Positions 1 to 9,729 of a DNA stretch of 64,000 nt are shown piece after piece. Within the stretch, counting starts at the first letter, position 1, and every line of letters starts with the position of its first letter. Under the pieces are notes generated by a model that made no database searches, was not told where the DNA came from, and saw only the letters and a list, made by a program, of their open reading frames with translations. Both the position numbers and the translations under genes were made by a program. The DNA is from an uncultured Gemmatimonadales bacterium (GTDB lineage Bacteria > Gemmatimonadota > Gemmatimonadetes > Gemmatimonadales > GWC2-71-9), in NCBI GenBank assembly GCA_963828735.1, contig CAWHFW010000001.1, positions 128,001 to 192,000 on the forward strand, given 5' to 3'.

Positions 1-747
1 GCCGGTGGTCGTGAGCACCAGGTCCCCCATGCCGGCGAGGCCGGCGAACGTCAGCGGCTCCGCGCCCATCGCCAAGCCGAGCCGCGTGATCTCCGCCAGC
101 CCGCGCGTAATCAAGGCCGCGCGCGGATTGTGGCCGAGGCCGAGCCCTTCCAGGATGCCGGCGGCGATCGCGATCACGTTCTTGAGCGCGCCCGCGAGCT
201 CCACGCCGACGACGTCTCGGCCCGAGTACACCCGGAATGCCGGCGTCGCGAAGAGCCGCTGCACGTCGAGCGCTGCCTCCGCGTCGCTGGCCGCCGCCAC
301 GACCGCCGTCGGCTGTCCCTGCGCCACCTCGATCGCGAAGCTCGGACCAGAGAGCGCGGCGAAGCGGGCCTGGGGAAGGCACCCCGCGAACACCTCCGAC
401 ATGAGCGCGAGCGTGTTGGCCTCGATGCCCTTAGTCGCGCTCACCACCAGCGTGCCGGACGCGACCGCGCCTTCGAGCCTCGTCACCACCGTCCGCACCA
501 CGTGGCTCGGCGGCGCGGACACGATCACCGAGGCCCCGAGGACCGCCTCGGCCGCGTCGTGATACGCCCGGAGCGAGGCGCAGAGAGGCACGCCCGCCAG
601 GAACAGCGGGTTCTCGTGCGCGCCATTGACTGCCTCGACCACCTCGGCTTCGTACGCCCAGAGCCGGACCGTCTCGCCTTTCGCCGCCAGCAGGTTGGCG
701 AGGGTCGTGCCCCAGCTGCCCGCGCCGAGAACGGCGATCACCGTCAC
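1..747 (-). CDS. gpsA: NAD(P)H-dependent glycerol-3-phosphate dehydrogenase (3' end runs off the window)
   Basis: Manual translation from GTG at 747 gives MTVIAVLGAGSWGTTLA (Rossmann GxGxxG); start overlaps the plsY stop; follows der-plsY. Not in the ORF track because it is partial. Confidence 0.92.
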   Translation of the reverse strand, partial: MTVIAVLGAGSWGTTLANLLAAKGETVRLWAYEAEVVEAVNGAHENPLFLAGVPLCASLRAYHDAAEAVLGASVIVSAPPSHVVRTVVTRLEGAVASGTLVVSATKGIEANTLALMSEVFAGCLPQARFAALSGPSFAIEVAQGQPTAVVAAASDAEAALDVQRLFATPAFRVYSGRDVVGVELAGALKNVIAIAAGILEGLGLGHNPRAALITRGLAEITRLGLAMGAEPLTFAGLAGMGDLVLTTTG

Positions 748-1364
748 GGACGAGGCGCCGTGACTGCCCGTCGGCCGAACCGGTTCTCGGTGCCCTTGAG
801 CAGCCGCTGAATGTTGGCCCGGTGGAACCACACGATGGCCGCGGCGACGGCGATGTCGAGCCACAGCATCTCGGGCTGCGCGGGCGGCTCGAGCACGAAC
901 ACCGCGATGGGGAACACGGCGGCGGCGGCGATGCTGCCCACCGAGACGTAGCCGGTCAGGAAGACGAGCGCGACCCAGACCGCCGCCGCCACGCCCAGGG
1001 CGATTGGGGTGAGTCCGAGCATGACGCCGGCGGCGGTCGCCACACCCTTCCCGCCCTTGAATCCCACGAAGACGGAGAACACGTGGCCGAGCACGGCCGT
1101 GAGCCCGCATACGAGCGCGAACACCTCGGAGGGCGAGACTCGCGGCGCGAAGACGAGCACCGGCACGAGCCCCTTCGCGGCGTCCAACAGGCCGACCGGA
1201 ATGGCGTAGCGCCAGCCCAGGACGCGGTAGAGATTGGTCGCGCCGAGATTCCGGCTGCCGTGCTCACGGAGATCGATGCCACGGAAGAGCCGTGCCGCCA
1301 GGTAGCTCGTCGGAATCGCGCCGAGCAGGTACGAGGCGAACAGCCACGGCACCGCCCGCATCAT
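744..1364 (-). CDS. plsY: Glycerol-3-phosphate acyltransferase PlsY
   Basis: YLLGAIP, GSRNLGATN and GFKGGKGVAT motifs; ATG at 1364 overlaps the der stop. Confidence 0.95.
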   Translation of the reverse strand: MMRAVPWLFASYLLGAIPTSYLAARLFRGIDLREHGSRNLGATNLYRVLGWRYAIPVGLLDAAKGLVPVLVFAPRVSPSEVFALVCGLTAVLGHVFSVFVGFKGGKGVATAAGVMLGLTPIALGVAAAVWVALVFLTGYVSVGSIAAAAVFPIAVFVLEPPAQPEMLWLDIAVAAAIVWFHRANIQRLLKGTENRFGRRAVTAPRP

Positions 1365-2683
1365 CGCTTCGATCCGCGCGCCGTGAACCGGAGGCGAAGA
1401 GGCGACCCGGCGAACGGCCACGCCTCGCGGAAGCCGTGCACCAGGTAGCGTTGATAGGCGTCCGGCACGTCGTCGGGCCGATTGCTCACGATCGCGAAGG
1501 TCGGCGGCGCCACGGCGATCTGAGACGCGTAGAGCAGCTTGACCTCCTCGCCCGGTTTCTGCGGCGGCGCGTTGCGCTCGAGCAGCGCGGTGAGCACCCG
1601 GTTGACCTCGGCGGTCGGGACGCGGCGCTCGCGTTCCTCGGCCACCTCGAGAATCAGGTCAAGAATCCGCCGTACCCGTTGGCCGGTGACCGCGCTGGCA
1701 TACACGAACGGGACATACCGAAGAAACGGCGCCTTCTCGATCAGCGCCTCCTGCCCGCGCCGCGCGGTGTTCGTGTCCTTCTCCTCGACCAGGTCCCACT
1801 TGTTCACCACGACGATCAGGGCGCAGCCGTGCTCCCACGCCTGCGTCGCGATGCGGAGATCCTGATTGTGCAAGCCGAGCGTCGCGTCCACCACCAGGAC
1901 GCAGACCTTGGCGCGCTCGATGGCACGCTCGGTCCGGAGGGTGGCGTAGAACTCGAGATCATCCTCTACTTTAGCACGACGCCGTAAGCCTGCGGTATCG
2001 ATGAAGTTGAGGGCGCGACCATTGTACCGCAAGAGGGAGTCGATCGCGTCGCGCGTCGTGCCCGCGTCGGGCGCAACCACGTGCCGCTCCTCGCCCAGGA
2101 GTCGGTTCACGAGCGAGGACTTCCCCGCGTTGGGACGCCCCACCACGGCCACGGCGACGGTCGATTCCGCTTCGGCGGGATCGTAGGGCGGCAGGCGCTC
2201 GACCACCGCATCCAGCAGGTCGCCGCTCCCCTTCCCCACCGACGCGCTCACCCCGAGCGGGTCGCCGAAGCCCAGGCGGTAGAAGTCGTACTGGGCGGTG
2301 CTGCGCTCGAGGTCGTCGAGCTTGTTGACGGCTAGCACCACGGGCCGCTGGGCCTTTCGCAGCAGGTCCGCGATGGCCGCGTCGACCGGGTTGAGACCCT
2401 CGCGGCCGTCCACGACGAAGAGCACCACGTCCGACTCCTCGAGCGCGAACTCCACCTGCTGGCGGATGGCGCGGTCCATCGACTCTTCGGATTCGGGCAC
2501 GAGGCCGCCCGTGTCCACCACCCAGAAGTGGCGCCCCTGCCATTCGGCGTCGCCGAAGTGGCGATCGCGCGTGGTGCCGGGGCGATCGGACACGATGGCC
2601 GGCCGGCCGCCGACGACGCGATTGAACAGGGTGGACTTGCCGACGTTCGGTCGGCCGACGATGGCGACGGTCGGCTTGCTCAC
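1361..2683 (-). CDS. der: Ribosome biogenesis GTPase Der (EngA)
   Basis: Two GTPase domains (GRPNVGKS...DTGG; GRPNAGKS...DTAG) and a C-terminal KH-like domain; GTG start at 2683 (VSKPTVAIVG). Confidence 0.97.
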   Translation of the reverse strand: MSKPTVAIVGRPNVGKSTLFNRVVGGRPAIVSDRPGTTRDRHFGDAEWQGRHFWVVDTGGLVPESEESMDRAIRQQVEFALEESDVVLFVVDGREGLNPVDAAIADLLRKAQRPVVLAVNKLDDLERSTAQYDFYRLGFGDPLGVSASVGKGSGDLLDAVVERLPPYDPAEAESTVAVAVVGRPNAGKSSLVNRLLGEERHVVAPDAGTTRDAIDSLLRYNGRALNFIDTAGLRRRAKVEDDLEFYATLRTERAIERAKVCVLVVDATLGLHNQDLRIATQAWEHGCALIVVVNKWDLVEEKDTNTARRGQEALIEKAPFLRYVPFVYASAVTGQRVRRILDLILEVAEERERRVPTAEVNRVLTALLERNAPPQKPGEEVKLLYASQIAVAPPTFAIVSNRPDDVPDAYQRYLVHGFREAWPFAGSPLRLRFTARGSKR

Positions 2684-3957
2684 GCGGCCACCGGCTCGTG
2701 CAGCGCGTCGACGAAGTCCTTGGAGAGTCGGAGCTCCATGGGCACCGCTGCCGCGAGGAGCTCGAGACGCATGCTGTCCATGAACAGCCCATCGTCGTTG
2801 ACGCATTCCCCCGGGAGCAACGCCAGGTCGAGATCGCGCCGACTGCCGAGCGCGCTCTGGAGGGCCGTCCCCGGCAGCAGCCCCGCCGTGGTGACCGACG
2901 GGCCGAACAGCGTGTTCACCACCGGGAGCAGCTCGAACTGCGCGCCGGTCGCCCGGGCCAGCGGCTCGAGCACCATGGGCATGAGCGCCCCCATCGCCGT
3001 GCCCGTCACCACGCCGATGCGCCGGCCACGCCAACCCTGCAGCCCGTCCACGCCGGCGGCGATCCGCTGCTGCAGCCAGCGCACGCTGCCGACGCCGTTC
3101 TCGACCTGATCGAAACCGTCGTAGATCTCCGCGGGCGGCAGCTCGACCCCCGCTCGGAGATACAGCTCGTCCGCCCCGAACGCCCAGTGCGCGCCGCGCT
3201 CCCGGAGCGCGACCGCGGCGCGCGTCTCGACCAGCCGGACGGCCGCCTGGCACTCCTCGGCGGTGGGCTCGCGCACGAGGTGATGCTTACTGTACTCCGT
3301 CAGCCCGACCGGGACGACCGAGCACCCGAGGATCTCAGGCCCGAATTCGTACAGCTCGCGCAGGGTCTGCTCGAGCACCACCCCGTCGTTCACCCCGGGC
3401 GACATCACGACCTGCGTGTGGAACTGGATGCCGTGGTCGGCAAAGTGCCGCAGCTGGGGGAGAATCTCCGGGGCCGTGGGATTCCGGAGCAGGTAGCGCC
3501 GGACGGTGGGATCGGTGGCGTGCACCGAGACGTAGAGCGGCGAGAGCCGGTACTCGATGATGCGTTCGACGTCCCGCGGCTTGAGGTTCGTCAGCGTGGC
3601 GAAATTGCCATACCGGAACGAGAGGCGGTAGTCGTCGTCCCGGATGTACAACACGTCACGCAGGCCATCGGGGAGCCCGTCCACGAAACAGAAGTCGCAA
3701 CGGTTGGCGCACCGGCGGATCCGCGCGGCCTCGAGCGACACGCCGATCGGCTCCCCGAGTGGGCGTTCGATCTCGAACTCGATCTCCTCGCCGCCCGGCT
3801 GGCGGACATGGAGGAGAAACTCCTCCTCGGCGGTGAGGAACTCCCAGTCGAGAAAGTCCTCGAGCACCCGCCCATCGACATGCAGCAGCTCGGTGCCCGC
3901 CACGAGTCCAAGCTCCTCGGCGATCGACTCCGACTGTACCGCGGTTACCCGAATCAT
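2680..3957 (-). CDS. DUF512 family putative Fe-S/radical SAM protein with N-terminal PDZ-like region
   Basis: CANRCDFC (Cx3Cx2C), DDDYRLSFRYGNF and QVENGVG motifs; usual der neighbour; start MIRVTAV at 3957. Confidence 0.85.
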   Translation of the reverse strand: MIRVTAVQSESIAEELGLVAGTELLHVDGRVLEDFLDWEFLTAEEEFLLHVRQPGGEEIEFEIERPLGEPIGVSLEAARIRRCANRCDFCFVDGLPDGLRDVLYIRDDDYRLSFRYGNFATLTNLKPRDVERIIEYRLSPLYVSVHATDPTVRRYLLRNPTAPEILPQLRHFADHGIQFHTQVVMSPGVNDGVVLEQTLRELYEFGPEILGCSVVPVGLTEYSKHHLVREPTAEECQAAVRLVETRAAVALRERGAHWAFGADELYLRAGVELPPAEIYDGFDQVENGVGSVRWLQQRIAAGVDGLQGWRGRRIGVVTGTAMGALMPMVLEPLARATGAQFELLPVVNTLFGPSVTTAGLLPGTALQSALGSRRDLDLALLPGECVNDDGLFMDSMRLELLAAAVPMELRLSKDFVDALHEPVAA

Positions 3958-4076
3958 CCGTGTGCACCTTCCCGAGTCCGTCCGACCTTCACGAGCCCGG
4001 TAAGATCGCCACAACCACCGGTAAATTCAAGAGGCGGAACCACTTCGCTGTACGCATCGAAGTGACTTCTGAAGCG

Positions 4077-6170
4077 TCAGGCGAGCAGCCGCAACAGCGC
4101 CTCCCCGTAGGCCTCGAGCTTGGCGGGACCGATCCCACGCACCTGGCGGAGGGCCTCGCGGTCGCGAGGCTGGGCGGCGGCCAGCGCTTCGAGCGTGCTG
4201 TCATGGAAGATCACGTACGGCGGCATGCCCTTCCGCTTGGCCTCGTCCAGGCGCCATCCCTTGAGCCGCGCCAGCACCTCGGCGTCCGCCTCGGCGCCAG
4301 GCACGGGTAGGGAGGTCGTTCCGTCATCCGCCCGCCGGCGCCGGGCTCGCGCCGCGCCCTTCCCTGCCGCGCGGGTGGGCAGCGCCAGCTCGGGTCGGTG
4401 CTCGCCCTTCGCGACCCGGCGGCCCTCGTCGGTCAGGGCCAGCACGAATGCGCCCGGCCGCCCGCCTTCGATGCCGTGGCGCTCGATGAGCCCGGCATCC
4501 GCCAGCGCGTTCAACAGCGACTTCACGTCGTCCACGGGCGTCCCGGCCAGCTTGCCGTAGGTCGGCACGCGATCGAGGCCGCGGTCGAGCACCTCGCGCA
4601 CCGTGCTCCCGGTCAGCACCTGGGCGATCCGCTCGACGCCGAACCGCCCCGAGAGCCGCCCGACGCCGGAGAGCGCAATGCGCACGCGGAGGAGCTCGTC
4701 GTCACCGAGCACGCGGCCGCTCGTGCGACCCCACCCGAGGCACACGTCGCAGGTACCGCACCGCGGCGCCGCGCCCCCGCGCGCGCCGCCGGCGAAATAG
4801 TCGAACACGAACCGCGTGCGACAACCGCGCGAGAACGCGTAGCGGACCATGGTGTCCAGCCGCTCGCGGTCGCGCTGCGCCTTGTGCCGCCGCGCGGCTT
4901 CATCGAGCGGCATCGGTCCCTGACCCGGCGAGATCCCGCCGCTTTCGGCGGTGCGGCGAAGCAGGCGCACCGCGGTCGCGGCGCTCATCGAGCCGGCCGC
5001 GTCGTGCCCCAGGCGGTCGGTGATCTCCTCGTCGCTTCGGCCCTCGCCCAGGAGCCGCCATACGTCGCGCAATACGTTCGCCGCAGGGTTGGACCCGGCC
5101 AGGAAGAATTCCTGCGTCCGGACGTCGGCCGGCGAGAAGAGCAGCGTGCACCGCGCCGGCAGGCCATCGCGCCCGGCTCGGCCCGCTTCCTGGTAGTAGG
5201 CCTCGACACTGCCCGGGATCTCGACGTGTGCCACGAACCGCAGATCGGCCTTGTCGATGCCCATGCCGAACGCGTTGGTCGCCACGATCACGTCGAGCCG
5301 CCCCGCGAGGAATCGATCCTGGACGTCCGCGCGCGCCTCGTCGGAAAGCCCGGCGTGATATCGCCCGGTCCGGAGGCCAAGTCCCGTGAGATGGTCCGCC
5401 CAGAGCTCGACGTTCTTCCGGGTGGCGGCGTAGACGATGCCGGGTGGGCCCATGTCGCCGACGAGGCGCGAGAGGGCGGCCGCCTTCTCTTCACGTCCTC
5501 GGCACGTCTCGACGGCCAGCGTGAGGTTCGCGCGCTCGAAGCCCGTGATCAAGTCGAGCGGGTTGACGAGCCCGAGCTGTGCGGCAATGTCTGCCCGCAC
5601 GTCCGGCGTCGCTGTCGCGGTGAAGGCTGCTGCGGGCACGCCGAGCGACGCGCGGACGCCGGCCAGCCGGCGGTAGTCCGGGCGGAAATCATGCCCCCAT
5701 TGGCTGATGCAGTGCGCCTCGTCCACGACCAGCCGTGCCGGGTTGAGCCGCCGGAGCGATTCGCGAAACGCTCCGCTGCCGAGTCGTTCCGGCGCGATAT
5801 ACAGAAGCCGGAGGCGTCCCGAGGTCATCGCGCTCTCGACGGCCGCACGCTCGCCGGAAGGCAGCCCCGAATGCAATGCCGCCGCCTCGATGCCACGCGC
5901 GCGAAGCTTGTCTACCTGATCCTTCATGAGCGCGATGAGCGGTGAGACCACGACGGTGGGACCGGGCAGGAGCAGCGCCGGCAGCTGGAAGCAGAGCGAT
6001 TTGCCCGCACCGGTGGGCATGACGGCCACCAGGTCGCGCCCTTCGAGCAGCGCGAGGGCGGCCTCGCGCTGCCCTGGACGAAATTGCTGTAGGCCGAATC
6101 GCTCGTGCAGCGCGCGCTCGAGCGCCTGCGCGGGGGCGGCGAGATTACTGCTGGGAGGGCCGGTGATCAC
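4077..6170 (-). CDS. recQ: RecQ family ATP-dependent DNA helicase (RQC and HRDC domains)
   Basis: MPTGAGKSLCFQ, VDEAHCISQWGHDFRP, YYQEAGRAGRDG, Zn-binding CR...CGTCDVC, HRDC PPYVIFHD. Confidence 0.93.
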   Translation of the reverse strand: MITGPPSSNLAAPAQALERALHERFGLQQFRPGQREAALALLEGRDLVAVMPTGAGKSLCFQLPALLLPGPTVVVSPLIALMKDQVDKLRARGIEAAALHSGLPSGERAAVESAMTSGRLRLLYIAPERLGSGAFRESLRRLNPARLVVDEAHCISQWGHDFRPDYRRLAGVRASLGVPAAAFTATATPDVRADIAAQLGLVNPLDLITGFERANLTLAVETCRGREEKAAALSRLVGDMGPPGIVYAATRKNVELWADHLTGLGLRTGRYHAGLSDEARADVQDRFLAGRLDVIVATNAFGMGIDKADLRFVAHVEIPGSVEAYYQEAGRAGRDGLPARCTLLFSPADVRTQEFFLAGSNPAANVLRDVWRLLGEGRSDEEITDRLGHDAAGSMSAATAVRLLRRTAESGGISPGQGPMPLDEAARRHKAQRDRERLDTMVRYAFSRGCRTRFVFDYFAGGARGGAAPRCGTCDVCLGWGRTSGRVLGDDELLRVRIALSGVGRLSGRFGVERIAQVLTGSTVREVLDRGLDRVPTYGKLAGTPVDDVKSLLNALADAGLIERHGIEGGRPGAFVLALTDEGRRVAKGEHRPELALPTRAAGKGAARARRRRADDGTTSLPVPGAEADAEVLARLKGWRLDEAKRKGMPPYVIFHDSTLEALAAAQPRDREALRQVRGIGPAKLEAYGEALLRLLA

Positions 6171-6246
6171 GCGGGAAATCTAGCGGGTGCGACGGGGCGC
6201 GCTGCAAGCACGAAATCGTGCCTGCTGGCGCGCCGCACCGCGGGCC

Positions 6247-8127
6247 TTATTGAACCTTGATGACCTTCCCCACGGAGGGAACGCCATTCCGGTTGAGAAC
6301 GAAGACGAGGTAGTGTCCGGGCGGCGCCAGCTTGCCGTTCGCGGGAGCGGTAACCAGCACGGACGAGGTGCTCTTCGTGAACGTCAGCTTGTTCGCGCGC
6401 TGGTTCGCGTCGAATGCGTGCGTGACGGAACCGAGCCGGATCCAGCGCACCTCGGTGATCTGCATCGCATTGGGCGTGGTGACCGTGAACTTCTGCCCAT
6501 AGCCGATCGTAGCCTGCGCCAGGCTCGTGATCGTGGGCCGGGCCCCCTTGAACAGGTAGGGCGGGCGGAAGATCTCGTGGTTGGTCTGCCTCGGGTACAG
6601 CTCCGCGCTGCCGGGCACCGACGCGTCGCCGCTCGCGCCGTGCAGCACCGTGCCATCCGGCAAAAGCAGCGAGACCGAGTGGTACGCGCGATCGATCGTG
6701 TTGCTCGCGAGCTGCGTCCAATGGCCGGTCTTGGGGTCCCACACCTCGGCCGCGTGGACGGCGCCCGAAACCGTGTTGAACCCTCCCGCACTGGTCCCAC
6801 CGGTGACCAGCACCTGTCCGTCGGGGAGGATGGTCGCATTGAGATGCCGGCGCGCGAAGTGCATCGGGTCAGTACTGGTCCAGTGCGGAGTGCGGACGTT
6901 CACGTTCAGGTCGATCGTCTCGGCCGTCTCGGTCGGGCTGCCGTACTTGGGATCCGGAGTGTTCCAACCGGTGAAGCCGCCGCCGCCGACGTACAGGATC
7001 TTCCCGGTATCATACATCGCGGCCGATCCATAGTCGCGGTTGAAGGGCCAGACGTGCGTCATCGTGGAGGGCGCGTTCCAGCTCCCCCGCCCTTTGGCCG
7101 TGACCACGTCGACATTGAGCCATCGCGACGCGACGCGCTCTCCGGCATAGAACAGCTTGCCATTTGGCGCGACGAAATCTCGTGGGTAGTACGGAAGACT
7201 CAGCGATGCGCCGGGGAGCTGCACCCACTGGTTGTTCTCCCAAATCTCCGGCGCGAGCACGACCTTCGAGGCGCTGTCGCGGCCGGCGACGGTGATCATC
7301 CGCCCATCGGCCAGCTCGGTCACCGTGGGATACCAGCGGCCCTTGGCCATCTTGGGCAGGCCAGTCGCCCAGGTCTGGCTGGCCGGATCGAAGATGTTGG
7401 TGACGTCGAGTCCCCTGTCGTCGCCCTTGTGCCCGCCGGTCACCATGAGGCGGCCATCGGCCATGAGGGCATGACCCGAGCAGAACAGCATCGTGTCGGC
7501 GGCGACCATCAGCGCGCCGCTCGGCGGGCCGCTCGCAGGATCCCACAGCCGGGGCATCGCCATGGTGCCGTCCATCTCGTACTTGCCCCACGCGAGCACC
7601 TTGCCGGTCGGGAGCAGGTGGATGTGGAGCGGTACGATATCCCAATTCACGGGGGCATCCCACTTGCCGGTGCTGGCCTCCGGGGGGAGCGCCGTGATCG
7701 TGATGGTCCTGGACGTCTTGGAGATCGTGCCGACCGTGAAGCGGAGTGACTTGGCTCCGGTCCCCGCGATGCCGAGATCCACGAACGCCGCCGTGCCGTT
7801 GGCGCGGGTTGTCGCGGTGAGGGTGCCCTGAAGCGTGCCGGTGACCGTCGCGAGGCTGGCGGTGACCACGACACCCGGTGTCGGAACGCCGCCGGCGTCC
7901 TTGACCAGGACGATCGGCTGGGTCGTCGGCGCCCACACCTCCGTGTCCAGGGCGCTCAGCGGAGGTGACCTGTTGATCGCGACGGTCGCGGGCGTACCGG
8001 TCGTGGCCAGCGAGGGCCGCGACTCGTCCGGCGTCGGGCGCGTCATCTCGTCGCCGTTGCAGGTCAGAGACGCGGCCGCAAGGGCGATGGCAGGAGCGAG
8101 GCGAGCGAGACGTCGCGAAACGGACAT
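6247..8127 (-). CDS. Exported galactose/glyoxal oxidase-like copper radical oxidase (kelch propeller, C-terminal DUF1929-like domain)
   Basis: Signal-like N-terminus ending ASLTC; motifs LFCSGH, RWYPT, RAYHS and VTHAF. Confidence 0.85.
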   Translation of the reverse strand: MSVSRRLARLAPAIALAAASLTCNGDEMTRPTPDESRPSLATTGTPATVAINRSPPLSALDTEVWAPTTQPIVLVKDAGGVPTPGVVVTASLATVTGTLQGTLTATTRANGTAAFVDLGIAGTGAKSLRFTVGTISKTSRTITITALPPEASTGKWDAPVNWDIVPLHIHLLPTGKVLAWGKYEMDGTMAMPRLWDPASGPPSGALMVAADTMLFCSGHALMADGRLMVTGGHKGDDRGLDVTNIFDPASQTWATGLPKMAKGRWYPTVTELADGRMITVAGRDSASKVVLAPEIWENNQWVQLPGASLSLPYYPRDFVAPNGKLFYAGERVASRWLNVDVVTAKGRGSWNAPSTMTHVWPFNRDYGSAAMYDTGKILYVGGGGFTGWNTPDPKYGSPTETAETIDLNVNVRTPHWTSTDPMHFARRHLNATILPDGQVLVTGGTSAGGFNTVSGAVHAAEVWDPKTGHWTQLASNTIDRAYHSVSLLLPDGTVLHGASGDASVPGSAELYPRQTNHEIFRPPYLFKGARPTITSLAQATIGYGQKFTVTTPNAMQITEVRWIRLGSVTHAFDANQRANKLTFTKSTSSVLVTAPANGKLAPPGHYLVFVLNRNGVPSVGKVIKVQ

Positions 8128-8467
8128 CGGCACCTGTGGTGGAAGAGGAGAATACGCCCTGACGTGCAGGATCCGAGCCACGGCGAGGCGGTTGTCGTAT
8201 GGCCTAAGTCGCTGTGGCGGATGCAGTTCTGCGCGAGGTCGTGGGGGTGTGTGGCGGCCCGCCCACATGGGACCCGCCGACTTGATGCCCTGGCCCGGCC
8301 GCGATGGCTACGCGCCAGGGCGCAACCCCCTGGAGTCGATGAAGCGAAAAACCCCGATGAGTTGGAGGGACGGCGGCCGCGGACGGCCAGGAGCTAGCGG
8401 CGCGGGCGAACGCGGGCGGGCGCTAGAGGCGGAATGCGAATCAGCAAGAACTTCTGGGCGATCCACG

Positions 8468-9658
8468 TCAGGATAGGTGGACCGCTATCTCGTCGAAGGC
8501 CGCGATGGTCGAGAACAGCTTGGGGGGGTCCTGCGGCAGCGGCCAACTCGACAGCTTGGCCGCGACGAGGCTTGCCGCCCGGTTGACATAGATCATCTGG
8601 CCGTGAATCCCCAAACACAGCAACACATTGTTGCCCGAGTACGGGAACCAGCACTGATTGCGGTACATGCCCCCGGGCATGTGGGTGTCGTCGGGGCTGG
8701 CGGCGAACGCCGCGCGCGAGTCGGTGGCGCCCGAGAACGTGTCGGCGATCCAGGATGGCGGTACCACGCTTTCGCCGGTCAACGATGTTCCGCCATTGAC
8801 GAACAGCGACCCGAAACGGACGAGGTCGCGCAGGCACGTGTTGATGCCGCCGTCGAACATGCCGGTGCCAACGGAGTCGACGCCGATCGTCGCGTGGCTC
8901 TCCGCGCCAAGCTTGCTCCACAACAGTTGCGACATCAGCTCGGGCATCCGCACCCCGCTGGCCGCCTCGCAGACCCAGCCGAGTACGTCCGTCTCACACG
9001 ACCGGTACTCGAAGGGTCCGCCGTGCGGTGACTTTTGATGCAGGGTGAGCAGGAAGTCGTACATGGTGGTCGGCAGGTCCGGCACCGTGCGCGGCGCCCA
9101 CCCGATGGCCTGCTCGAGCAGGCGAACCTGCGCCATCGGGTTCAGGTAGTCCTCGGAAAACAAAATGCCCGATCGCATGTCGAGCAGGTGGCGCACCGTG
9201 GCGCCGGCGTACCCGGAGTTGACCAGAGCGGGCACGAAGCTCGTCACCTCCGCCTCCACGTCCAGCACGCCGTCACTGAAAAGAGCGCCGGCCACCATGC
9301 CGATCAGCGACTTGCTCACCGACATCAGCAGGTGTTGGGTGTCCTTGCCCATGCCGCCGTAATAGTGCTCCGCGAGCACCTTGCCGTGCTGGGTGACGAT
9401 CCAGCCGTTGGTCACGGTGGCGGCCATCACATCGCCGACCGTGGTGCCCTTGCGGGTCGTCTTGTCGTAGATCGAAACGTCGGAGAGCTCGGCCGGTGCG
9501 GACCGCAGATCGGCCAATGGCCCGCTGCCACGCGAAATCGTCGCCGTCGGCATGAAGTCGGCAATGTGCTGGAACGCCCATTGCAGATGCGCGGCCGACT
9601 GCCAGTTCTCCAGCGTTACGCCGGATGGAACGCGTCCGGGGTTGCTGCCGAGCACCAT
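8468..9658 (-). CDS. Beta-lactamase-fold serine hydrolase (NylB / 6-aminohexanoate-dimer hydrolase-like)
   Basis: SVSK (SxxK), VRHLLDMRSG, FEYRS and GIHGQ motifs. Confidence 0.85.
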   Translation of the reverse strand: MVLGSNPGRVPSGVTLENWQSAAHLQWAFQHIADFMPTATISRGSGPLADLRSAPAELSDVSIYDKTTRKGTTVGDVMAATVTNGWIVTQHGKVLAEHYYGGMGKDTQHLLMSVSKSLIGMVAGALFSDGVLDVEAEVTSFVPALVNSGYAGATVRHLLDMRSGILFSEDYLNPMAQVRLLEQAIGWAPRTVPDLPTTMYDFLLTLHQKSPHGGPFEYRSCETDVLGWVCEAASGVRMPELMSQLLWSKLGAESHATIGVDSVGTGMFDGGINTCLRDLVRFGSLFVNGGTSLTGESVVPPSWIADTFSGATDSRAAFAASPDDTHMPGGMYRNQCWFPYSGNNVLLCLGIHGQMIYVNRAASLVAAKLSSWPLPQDPPKLFSTIAAFDEIAVHLS

Positions 9659-9729
9659 AAATGTTCAGGCCTCCTGAAGCCTTGCTCTCCGAGTTCGTAC
9701 GGGTGATTACCCGACGACCTAACTTAGCC

